From assembly GCF_001194135.2 (NCBI RefSeq), contig NC_068983.1, positions 78,303,639 to 78,367,638 of the forward strand: a DNA stretch of 64,000 nucleotides, written 5' to 3'. Positions 40,527 through 50,698 of this stretch are shown here, piece by piece. A program made the position numbers and the translations under genes. The DNA comes from Octopus bimaculoides. Lineage: Eukaryota. The notes beneath the pieces are model-generated. The model did not search any database. It was given only the letters and a program-made list of their open reading frames with translations, and had not been told where the DNA came from. Position 1 is the first letter of the stretch. Each line of letters opens with the position of its first letter.

Positions 40527-41248
40527 ATAAGATAATCCTCTAGCTACAGTAATCTAGTACATACCTGTATAGACTGACAAAAGTGGTCAAGGTGAATGAC
40601 CATCAAAGACATGAATAAGAATCATTATACCTGCATAGCATTGAGATTCTATGGACAGAAGTCAAGAAATTATCAGTGTGAAAATCTTCATTGGAACTGT
40701 TGGTATAATAGAGAGCATGAACAAAACTACAGCAAGAAACATATCAGTACTTAAATTTCTACATGTAGTCTAAAGTAGCTCTGCTATACACAGCCCACAA
40801 CCTACACAAAACACTTTCAGTCTAATAGCACAACTCACACATTTCTGAAATATACATACTCTGTACAGTTGTCATCCAACGAAATAACCCAAATCACACT
40901 ACTTCAGCACTGTTCACACAGTCAACCATCTAGTATCATAACACAGATTATACTACACATACTATCTATTTAATCAACCAATAAAATAAAATTTGTCCAA
41001 TAAAGATGCATCCACACAGGGGTGCACAATAAAGATGCATCCTCTTCAAGGATAGAAAATATTTTGATAAACTTGACTTTCCACTAATTTTGCCCAACAT
41101 TAACAGAGAGTACATGTATCACAAACAATCATCTTTCCACTTCTGAATACTATAAACCCCGTGCAAGAAGCAAACATGTGAAGAATCCTCAATATGGTCG
41201 CTCAAACTTGTAAAACTAAAACCACACCTTTCTCAACCATGTTCTTAC

Positions 41249-41339
41249 CTCTCTAAAATGAACATATTTCCTGAGAAATTATTAGAATGATCATGGCTTT
41301 AATGTCTTTAATAACAAGTCTACTTGACAGACACTGGTT
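41249..41339 (-). CDS. Exon-like segment with one in-frame TAG (NQCLSSRLVIKDIKAMIILIISQEICSF*R), phase 0 to 1
   Basis: Strong acceptor ttattttttgttttattgctcag and donor GAG|GTAAGA. TAG at 41255-41253; the other two frames also contain stops. Confidence 0.35.
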
Positions 41340-41831
41340 CTGAGCAATAAAACAAAAAATAAAATTAACAACAGCATCTGATTTTTGGTAAATATTCCCT
41401 CACATATTGCAACTACTTCAGCCCACAAAATATACTGCTTCTTCTTTGTTTCAGTGGCTGCTCTTACAAGTAGATTCAGTACCTCAGAAAATGCAAACTA
41501 CATTTCGTTTCCCCATAACCCCACTCAATTTATTCAATGTTCCTCATATCTACTGTGTGTTAACACCAAATTCCTCAACTAAGCATATTTCCCAATCATT
41601 TTCCTAGAAGTACTACCTTCTGGAATATAGACCCTGTCCACCTTTCTTTTCTTTCCTGCTGACATCAGTCTACAAATGTTCAGTCTGAATATCAACTGCA
41701 TCAATCTCAGATCATAATAGACTTCTAAAGTTATGGGTACTGCTTTTCATTGCATAATAAAAAATCATTGGTAATATGTATCTGATTAAAATAGATGCAA
41801 ATTGCATATCTATAACAATTAACAACCAAAT

Positions 41832-41940
41832 TTGGTTTATTACATTAACTTTTGCCACTAATGCACTTGGTTTATCACATTAACTATTGTCACTAATGCA
41901 CTTGGTTTATCACATTAACTTTTGCCACTAATGCACTTGG
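41832..41940. repeat. 35-bp tandem repeat x3
   Basis: Unit ttggtttatcacattaacttttgccactaatgcac. Confidence 0.95.
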
Positions 41941-42198
41941 AAAACAGGATAACCTTTTATTTTACTCCTATAAACATGATAATTTGTACTAATATAAAAC
42001 AATTTGTGTATTTTTGAATAATAATTCAGAGAAGATAGCTAATCAAAAGCAACAGAGATGAATTACATTATTTATTTAGTTTCAATTTTTTCAGGTTAGT
42101 ATTTTAAATCTGCAGTGGCTGACTTTCTTTCTTTATTCATAATTTGTGCTACATTAAGTGCTAGTAATATATTGACATGGAACCAAACAAATATACAA

Positions 42199-42243
<45 letters not shown>

Positions 42244-42251
<8 letters not shown>

Positions 42252-43560
42252 GGTACCCAAAAGAAACCAGAATTTTGCAATATTATTTTATTTACTTAAT
42301 TTTACATGTTTACACTTTTATTGCCTTCTGACCAACGTTGCCTTCCTAGCACCTGAAAAGTCATTCGAGCGAGATCATTGCCAGTGCCGATGGACTGGCT
42401 CCTGTGCAGGTGGCACGTAAAATACACCATTTCGAGCATGGCCTTTGCCAGTAAGACATCCGAGCGAGATTGTTGCCAGTGCCGATGGACTGGTTCCTGT
42501 GCAGGTGGCACGTAAAATACACCATTTTGAATGTGGCCATTGCCAGTAACTGCCTGACTGGCCCTCATGCCAGTGGCACATAAAAGTACCCACTACACTC
42601 TTGGAGTGGTTGGCGTTAGGAAGGGCATCCAGCTGTAGAAACTCTGCCAAATCAGATTGGAGCCTGGTGTTGCCTCCTGGTCCACCAGTCCTCAGTCAAA
42701 TCGTCCAACCCATGCTAGCATGGAAAGCGGACGTTGATGGTGATGAAGTATTCTCCATTTGAAGCAATGCATTGCTCCAGATGCATTTTCCATTGTTCAC
42801 ACCTGTGCTGGAACTCTTATGAAGTGATGCTTTTTAACACCTCTGTCGTTTTTTCCTTCAACTCTTCCACATCTGCAAATTCCATAGCACCAGATTTCAT
42901 CACCAGTGATGACCTTCAAAATAAGGTTCAGATAAACTTCCAACAGTTCTTTCAGTTCATAACATGCATTCACTCATGACTGCTTTTGGTCTTCCATGAG
43001 CAAGTAAGGCACAAATTTTACTGCAACTCTTTACATTCACAATTTCTCACTCAAAATTTGTTTGCAAAAGCTCCAAGACACACAAGTCATATCTACAAAT
43101 TTGTCATTTGTTCAGTGATGTTCCTCCAAGATCAATTCATGAATTTTCATGATGTGTTCATTCATTCAGGAGGTCAATGTTCACCCGAAACAAGGTTGAT
43201 CTTCAAGTGACAATTAGCCATTCCTAAAGCAGGAAAAACCACTTGTAAACTTGTATTTTGCTCATGGAAGCGTCCTTGAAAGCTGTTTGAAGCATGACAA
43301 CTGTTTTGGCTGCTGTTTTACCCAGCAGAAAACAGAATTTCATGGAAGTATGCTGTTCCTTCTTTTCAGTCATAGCAAAAATCAATGAACAGGGGAGAAG
43401 CACTACAGAACAAAGACACACCACGTAGCAGAACGACCTCATAGGTTGGCAAACTGATGCCTGAGGTTCGCATCAAGTGGCTTCTAGCAGCAGAAACCTG
43501 AACTACAAAGGGCTTGTCCAACAGACAATGTTTCCAGTTACTTTTGGGTACCTCTTCATA
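42244..43560 (-). mobile_element. Decayed mariner in a (TA)n tract, interrupted by an RTE 3' end
   Basis: TIRs tatgatggggtacccaaaag / cttttgggtacctcttcata; N-terminus MKFCFLLGKTAAKTVVML...VYKWF (track ORF 43224..43442). Confidence 0.85.
42329..42735 (+). mobile_element. RTE 3' end inserted in a mariner
   Basis: Same 3' UTR with tandem subrepeats; removing it rejoins the transposase C-terminus EYFITI-EGNK. Confidence 0.85.
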
Positions 43561-44390
43561 TATATATATGTATATTTATATGTGTATACATGTATATAGG
43601 CATACATATATATGTATACATATATGTATGTACATATGTATATGTGTGTGTGCATGCATGTGTGTATTTGTGTATGTGTGCATGTGTGTGTGTATGTGTG
43701 CTTGTGTGTGTGTAATTCTTTTTCAGATTAGAGGTAACATGCATAATTGCATAATGTTTCTAATATTGTTATGTAATTGTTTTGGCATTTTGCTGAATTG
43801 CATGTTTGTTCTACAAAAGTAGTCAAAAATATCACACCTGTTTGCTACTGTTAATATTGGTTTGATGGTTGAATGTGCATTTCTATATTAAAAGGAATTT
43901 TAGATATTAATTTTGTTTAGAATTTATTAACATACCATAGTAATTTCAGCAATTGTCTTTATTTTTAATGGTAAATTTAAAAAGTTAGACGAAAGTTTAA
44001 AAGAAAGGGAAAAATAAAATAAAATTCAAAAGCTAACTTCAAACCATTGAGTAATTACATTTTCTTGACACCATTTGCTAATGTTACAATTGACCAGCCA
44101 GACTTCTTTTGATTAAAACTGGACATTGAGTAGTAAAAAAACACAACTTATGCTTTTAAGCATTCAACCAATCAGGACATCAGAAAAACAACTGACATTT
44201 TAAGTGAGTCTGCCAAATAGAGTGTTAGACTACTGTCAGACAAAGACAAGTAACCACAATATTTGATAAACAAGTAATGTCCACAGTCAGTAAATCAACC
44301 AAAACACTGGACCAGGTAGACAAAAATAAGTGATGTCATTGAATAAATAACCAATTAGGACTTGAATCTGTGTCATAAAACCTACATATA

Positions 44391-44928
44391 CAGGGTGTCC
44401 CAAAAGTCACTGATGGGTTTCGATTTTTAATAATTTCTTTAACTTTACAAATAAATGCATGAAAGTTTGATACAACATAAAGTACATAATGGAAAATAAT
44501 ATGCACAAGTCAAATTTTGCAACACTACTACATCACATATACAAAAATGACATCGCTTAAATGGCAGCCATTTTCGGCTTTGCACACCCGTATTCTTCCC
44601 AAACCTTGCACCATAACACCCTCGGGATTTTCAGAACCCACTTCTCTGATTTCCCTATTAATTTTCTCCTTCATTTGCACCAGGGTATCCCTACAAGAAA
44701 AAATCTGGGCAAGTCAATTCTGAGAGCATGGATGTGCGAAGCCAAAAATGGCTGCCATATAACTGATGTCATTTTGCATGCGTAATGCAGTGGTTTTTCA
44801 AACTTTGACTGATGCACATTAATTTCCAATATGTTCTCTATATTGTATCAAAATTTTCATGCATTTATTTGTAGTGTTAAGGAAGTTATTAAAATTTGAA
44901 ACCCATCAGTGACTTTTGGGACACCCTG
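44391..44928. mobile_element. Tc1/mariner-type foldback MITE
   Basis: Long TIRs beginning CAGGGTGTCCCAAAAGTCACTGATGGGTTTC, left TA flank, additional internal inverted repeat (about 44544-44600 vs 44725-44775), no transposase. Confidence 0.85.
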
Positions 44929-45631
44929 TTATAAAGCAATATAAAGCAAGTGACAAACAATTCTGCCTCAGAGAACATGACAGATCTTATAAAATTGTTT
45001 CTCATTTACTTTAATCCTTTAGCATTAACACTGGCCATATCTGGCCAAAATAATCAACATGTTTTATCTTTAATCTGGCAAGATGTGGCCACTCACACTT
45101 ACCCTAGAAGATTATTCTAAAAATATACAATCACATAATTGAAATCTCAAAGTTATAAGGTAATGCATGACTAATTCAAATAAACCTAAATAAATAAGCT
45201 TTACATTTGACACAAAAATTTGAATACGAAGGAGTTAAAATGTTCTTCATATTTTATTGCTCACATAGTTCATTGCTATGAAACTTATTCAAATTTCTAA
45301 CACGTATTATTATAGCTATGAAATTTATTAAAACATTTGAATTTCCATAAATATTCAATTCCTGTGATATTTACTTAAAACTTGTATTTCATTACATACT
45401 TTGCTGTGAGACCTATTGCTCATCTGACTTTGAGCATGTTTTATCATTATAGAACTTTATGTTGTGCATTGTCTGTCTTCTAAATTTTCATCCAACTATT
45501 TCATTTCAATAATTACCTTAGAATAACAAAAACATATTAAAATCGGTATTGTATTTTAATAAGTTTGAAATGTTTAAAAATCTAAAGTTTGTTTTAAATC
45601 CCTGGTGCATTTTTAATCCCAAAACCAATTT

Positions 45632-45671
<40 letters not shown>

Positions 45672-45846
45672 GCATAAAATGAATATACAAAGTATAGGGG
45701 TTTAGTTCACAGGTGATGTAACCAATTAGGTATTCTAGGTAAGTGCTGTAACAGATTACTGGGACTCCAAGGTTACAGTCGGGATGGTAGTTATGGACCC
45801 ATTGCAGATTTCCAATGCAGCGGATTTATAATTGCAAAACAGGACT

Positions 45847-45907
<61 letters not shown>

Positions 45908-46063
45908 CCAAACATTAACAAGCAAGAAAAAAACAACAAAGCGAGGATGTGGAATAAGTACAGTGTTAATGGATGCTAAGGAAAGGAAAGAAAAGAAAGA
46001 GGATTTCACAAAGAAAATTGCCAATGATACACACGTGGTCACATATTGAAATTCCTTAACTCT

Positions 46064-46094
<31 letters not shown>

Positions 46095-46489
46095 TAAATA
46101 TATACTTTTATAAAACAAATTTTACAAAATATATAGTATCTGTTAACAGTCTTAGCAAAAAGCTCACAGGTGAGTTTTTGTATATATATATGTATACATG
46201 TCTCTTAAAGGATAGAGCTCAAAATCAATGCATTGAAGATACTTTATTGCAGCAACAATTATAATAACAGAAACAACCACAATAAGCCAAACCTACTCTT
46301 CCCATACTCTTTTCCAAGGGTCACCTAGTTAATAAAATAACGTTTAAAGCTTACAGATGTCTACATATGTATAGGCATACGTATGCATTTTATAAATAGG
46401 AATTACCGGAATGTGTATAGGCACAAGTTCGAAATTAAGGAAGAGGTATATTCATCTCTATATATCTTACTGGAATTAGGTCTGGGGCG

Positions 46490-46985
46490 CAAATATATGA
46501 GTGTATATGTATATGGGTGTAGGTATACATGTGGAGACACGCGAGAGTGTATGTGTGTATATATGTATATATGTGCGAATGGAGACATATGTGTACGTGT
46601 GTACATGTAAACATGTAAACATATATAAGCTTGTATGTGTGTATGTGCATATGTATCGATGTATATATGGAGGTATAGCTATATGTATGTATGTACATAT
46701 GTACATATGTGTGTATGTGAGTATGTATGCGTATATATGTAAATGTGTGTGTGTATCTGTGCGCGTTTATGTGGGTTTATGTGTATGTGTATGTGTGTAT
46801 ATGCATGCATATGTGAGTGTATATATGTGTTTGTGTGTATATGTGTTTGTGTGTATATAGTTATACATAAAAAATACATATAGATATATATTGATGTGTG
46901 TATCTAAGTATAGGTATATGTGTGGATGTGTGTGTGAGTCTAGGTGTGTGTATGTGGGTGGTGGTGTGCGGTGCGTGTGCGTGGG
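46490..46985. repeat. Long degenerate TG/TA microsatellite
   Basis: Direct reading. Confidence 0.9.
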
Positions 46986-46999
46986 TGGGTACTATTAAT

Positions 47000-47418
47000 T
47001 AATATATTAATATATTATCGTTATAGGAAGATCCGATAGGAAATCTTGATGTACATGGGGGATGAATTTTTGGCAAGGGATTTTTACGCTGTAAACCGGG
47101 CGGTGTACGTCACTGGATTTTGGTTGACTGGTTTGTTTACATTCTGTAAGAAAATGACGATGGTAGGTTGCGTGCCGTCGATTATTCTTTCACCCTCTTG
47201 GATGATGTGTGTTTTGCTAATAATAGTAGTATTGGTGATGGCAATAATGCGACCCTGAAGAGATGGAGTATCCAGAAATTTGTAATATGTTGTAATTTGT
47301 TACAATATTTTACGAGACATCTTATGATGTGGTTTATTTATCCGGGATACCCTATTGAAATGTGCATAGGTTTGGCTTATTGTGGTTGTTTCTGTTATTA
47401 TAATTGTTGCTGCAATAA
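47000..47418 (-). mobile_element. Decayed Penelope-like ORF N-terminal region
   Basis: Across frameshifts: HRHFLTECK...RTPPGLQRKIPC, resembling the PLE N-terminal H-x-x-FL-x-x-C...PxGL motif. Its 52-bp end (47367-47418) has a perfect inverted copy at 46244-46295. Confidence 0.35.
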
Positions 47419-47428
47419 NNNNNNNNNN

Positions 47429-47467
<39 letters not shown>

Positions 47468-47491
47468 GCAAAAATATGTGACACTTATTCA

Positions 47492-47568
47492 GTAGCCATG
47501 ATAAAACTCCGAGTCTCGGATGCCAGGGTGAGGTGTCCACTCCAACATCTCTTCAGTTATCCAGCTAC
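47492..47568 (-). ncRNA. Type I hammerhead motif with A14G core change
   Basis: GTAGCTGGATAA-CTGAAGA-GATGTTGGAGTGGacacctCACCCTGGCATC-C-GAGA-CTCGGAG-T-T-TTATCATGGCTAC: bipartite stem I, long stem II, GAAA changed to GAGA. Confidence 0.55.
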
Positions 47569-47656
47569 CGGAAATTCCTTTGAAAAATAACCGTTAAACC
47601 CAAAGGTTTTTAATTTTCCCTTTGGGTTTAATGGTTATTTTTCAAAGGAATTTCCA

Positions 47657-47733
47657 GTAGCTGGACAACTGAAGAGATGTTGGAGTGGACACCCCACCCT
47701 GGCATCCAAAACTCGGAGTTTTATCATGGCTAC
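47657..47733 (+). ncRNA. Type I hammerhead motif with G12A core change (inverted copy of 47492-47568)
   Basis: Same fold; CTGAAGA at 47669-47675, GAAA changed to AAAA at 47708-47711, GUU site at 47718-47720. Confidence 0.55.
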
Positions 47734-47841
47734 TGAATAAGTGTCACATATTTTTACAGATAAATTCCTCTATTTGCATAATATCGAGGTCTCTTTCCTT
47801 CTTTTGTTGCCATTCCTGTCAGATTATATATATGGATATAT

Positions 47842-48213
47842 ATCTAACAGTTAAGGAATGGAGTAGGTAAAATCTGGGCTGCGTGTTTCAAAGCAAGCAG
47901 AACCTCAGAAGTGATGAATATTCAATTGATGTGTCTACCACAGGCTATTCATCAGGCCAAGTGTGTTTTGATTAAATGAATTTTACCTTGTTGTTAAGAG
48001 GCCCCTGTTAATACACAGAGGATATTTTTAGAATCCTCCATGTGTTAACATGGGTTCCAAACAGCAAAGTAAACTTCATTTAATCAAGATACCCTTAGCC
48101 TGAAAAGTAGCCTGTGGTATACACCTCATTTGGATATTTACCACTTCATAGATTCTGCTCACTTTGAAACGCATATAGCCTGGATTTTATCTATTCCATT
48201 CCTTAACTGTTAG
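47842..48213. mobile_element. Second inverted pair (about 140-bp arms) with decayed HHR cores
   Basis: 47842-47985 is complementary to 48075-48213. Minus arm: GGC-CTGATGA...GAAACACGCAGCC; plus arm: AGC-CTGAAAA...GAAACGCATATAGCC. Confidence 0.55.
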
Positions 48214-48412
48214 ATTTTTATTCTCATACTTGGCAACCTTAGCTGCCAACCGTGAAATATAAAATAATTTTTTTCAGATTATCACACATCACTATGGGAA
48301 ATATTCACAACCTTCCACACCAATAAACCACTATTTTTCCTGAAAATTCTTTTTCTAATTTTCTATGGTTGCATGAATCTCCCTTTCTTCCTACACCTTG
48401 ATCCTTGGAACT

Positions 48413-48455
<43 letters not shown>

Positions 48456-48544
48456 GTTGAAAATATGTAAGGAAAGATGAAGAAAAATGCCTTCGTTTCA
48501 CATAGTTTAATATTTTTATATAAATACATATTATATGGGTGTTG

Positions 48545-48898
48545 TTATATATATAAACAATATATGAGTATATGCATATATATGTACATGTATATATATA
48601 CGTTCATCCACATGTACATATAGATACATAACTGGGTACATGACGTGGCAAAAGAACAAGGACAAAAATGGTAAACAAGGTGCAACAAACAAGCAGGCCA
48701 CATAGAAACATCCCCTTCATCAGCTGCCACCATTAAAACTCCGGCGTTTCGAAGAATTAAGGCAGTACGCATCGCTAAAATGGTTCTTCCCACGAACACA
48801 AATTAAATTGTTTTCGTGGAGGGTAGTGGCGGACGGAAAACAAGACAGGAAAACGAAACGGTGAAATAAACAAACAAAAAGGCTGTACAGCCAGACGC
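48545..48898 (-). mobile_element. Short PLE-like terminal repeat family, copy 1
   Basis: Homologous to 24455-24770; carries TCGAAACGCC...GCTGATGAAGG and runs into (TA)n. Confidence 0.45.
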
Positions 48899-49239
48899 NN
48901 NNNNNNNNNNNNNNNNNNNNNNNNNNNNNNNNNNNNNNNNNNNNNNNNNNNNNNNNNNNNNNNNNNNNNNNNNNNNNNNNNNNNNNNNNNNNNNNNNNNN
49001 NNNNNNNNNNNNNNNNNNNNNNNNNNNNNNNNNNNNNNNNNNNNNNNNNNNNNNNNNNNNNNNNNNNNNNNNNNGAGAGGTAGAGAGAGAGAAAGAGAGA
49101 GAGAGAGTAGTAGTAACGGTGAGAGGCGAAGGACGAGTAACAAGTGATAGAGAGAGAAGTAGTGACAGGTAGAGGTGAAGACCAGTAGAGGGAAGAATGA
49201 GAGAGGGGAGATAGAAATAGAGAGAGTCGCGTTATGGGA

Positions 49240-49445
49240 GAATGTAAGAAAAAAAAACAACAGACGAGGACAGGTGGTGTAAACAACAAAAGGATGTATT
49301 AGTTTGACGCTCGGGAATACAGAAAGTCTTTAACGTTTCGAGCTACGCTCTTCAACAGAAAGAATACGGAGAAAACAAGGAGAAAAACACGGAGAAAAAA
49401 AATTGAATGGTGTTTGGTCAACGATTTATCATGGCTTCTGATATA
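49240..49445 (-). mobile_element. Short PLE-like terminal repeat with HHR-like variant motif
   Basis: Minus strand TTGAAGAGCGTAGCTCGAAACGTTA at about 49331-49355; (TA)n flank. Confidence 0.4.
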
Positions 49446-49830
49446 TATATATATATATATACACATATATATATGTGTATATTTATGTATGTATATATAT
49501 GTGTATATGTATGTCCCGGTATCAAGCAGACTATTGAATGTTTTTATACATCGCTGTTCACAATGCACTTCACATTATTTTAGCTTTCAAATGATGCCAC
49601 TCTGCTGGCTGACTGAACAGGCCAGCATTGCTCCTGATCGGAATGCTATTTCATCATGGGGTTACCCATTTACAGCTGAGTTAACTGGAGCAATGTGAAA
49701 TGAAATGTTATGCTTTAGAACACAATGCACCACCTGGTCTGGGAATCAAACCCATGATCTAGCAATCATAAGTGTGTCATTCTAACTACTAGGCTACATG
49801 TCTGCACAAATATAAAAATATATATATATA

Positions 49831-50234
49831 GGCGCAGGAGTGGCTGTGTGGTAAGTAGTTTGCTTACCAACCACATGGTTCTGGGTTCCGTCCCACTGCG
49901 TGGCACCTTGGGCAAGTGTCTTCTACTATAGCCTTGGGCTGACCAAAGCCTTGTGTGTGGATTTGGTAGATGGAAATTGAAAGAAGCCCATCGTATATAT
50001 GTATATATATATGTATGTGTGTGTTTGTCCCTGTAACATTGCTTGACATGCAATGCTGGTGTGTTTACGTCCCGGAAACTTAGCGGTTCGGCAAAAAGAG
50101 TCCGATAGAATAAGTACTAGGCTTATAAAGAATAAGTTCTGGGTCGATTTGCTCGACTAAAAATAGGTGGTGCTCCAGCATGGCCGCAGTCAAATGACTG
50201 AAACAAGTAAAAGAATAAAAGATTAAAGAATATA
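49831..50234 (+). mobile_element. tRNA-derived SINE, best-preserved copy
   Basis: Box A-like TGGCTGTGTGG and box B-like GGTTCCGTCCC head, internal TA/TG tract, A-rich tail; many homologues in the window. Confidence 0.8.
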
Positions 50235-50416
50235 CATAAGTTCGAAAAGCTGAAGTAGCTAATAGCATAACTAACCAGATGTGAAGCCTAATTCAATTGC
50301 TAATACAGAACCATTTTGCATTGTTTATACAGCTAATGAGCTTTTGAAAAAAATAATGAATATCACAACTTCTCATTTTTCCATCCTGTTCAATGAATCT
50401 GGAACCTTAAACTTAC

Positions 50417-50456
50417 ATAAGAAATCAATATTTCTGATAAGCTTTTTAATTGAACA
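50417..50456 (-). CDS. Possible small exon (CSIKKLIRNIDFL), phase 0 to 1
   Basis: Donor TAT|GTAAGT is strong, acceptor caccaaacag is weak. Phase would link the 54.3 kb and 40.0 kb exons. Confidence 0.25.
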
Positions 50457-50591
50457 CTGTTTGGTGCCACATTTTTTCAATGAAATGTGAGAACATTGTA
50501 GTGATTTCAAACATACGAAATATTACTGTTTCTCAAACAACAGATTGAATGGAAGGATAGTTTGAGATAGGGATTGAAAAACAGAGAGTAA

Positions 50592-50698
50592 TAGAGTGAG
50601 TGTGATGTAATTAGAAATAGAAAGTAGTAGAGTGAGTGTGATGTAATTAGAAATAGAAAGTAGTAGAGTTAGTGTGATGTAATTAGAAATAGAAAGTA
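50592..50698. repeat. 36-bp tandem repeat x3
   Basis: Unit tagagtgagtgtgatgtaattagaaatagaaagtag. Confidence 0.95.

Larger units (their letters stand above)
47465..47760. mobile_element. About 300-bp near-perfect palindrome of two inverted HHR-bearing Penelope-like pLTR fragments
   Basis: Arms about 47465-47611 and 47619-47760 are near-exact reverse complements with a short spacer; follows a (TA)n tract. Confidence 0.7.

Noticed and set aside
41832-41940. 35-bp repeats (and 36-bp at 50592) of CRISPR-like length
   Set aside because: Head-to-tail with no spacers, no cas genes, eukaryotic context.
47255-47290. CTGAAGA-GATGGAGTATC-CAGAAA motif
   Set aside because: No stem I partner, and it is antisense to the PLE ORF remnant it overlaps.
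49831-49910. tRNA-like A/B boxes
   Set aside because: Head of a SINE; no cloverleaf, and it continues into the SINE body.
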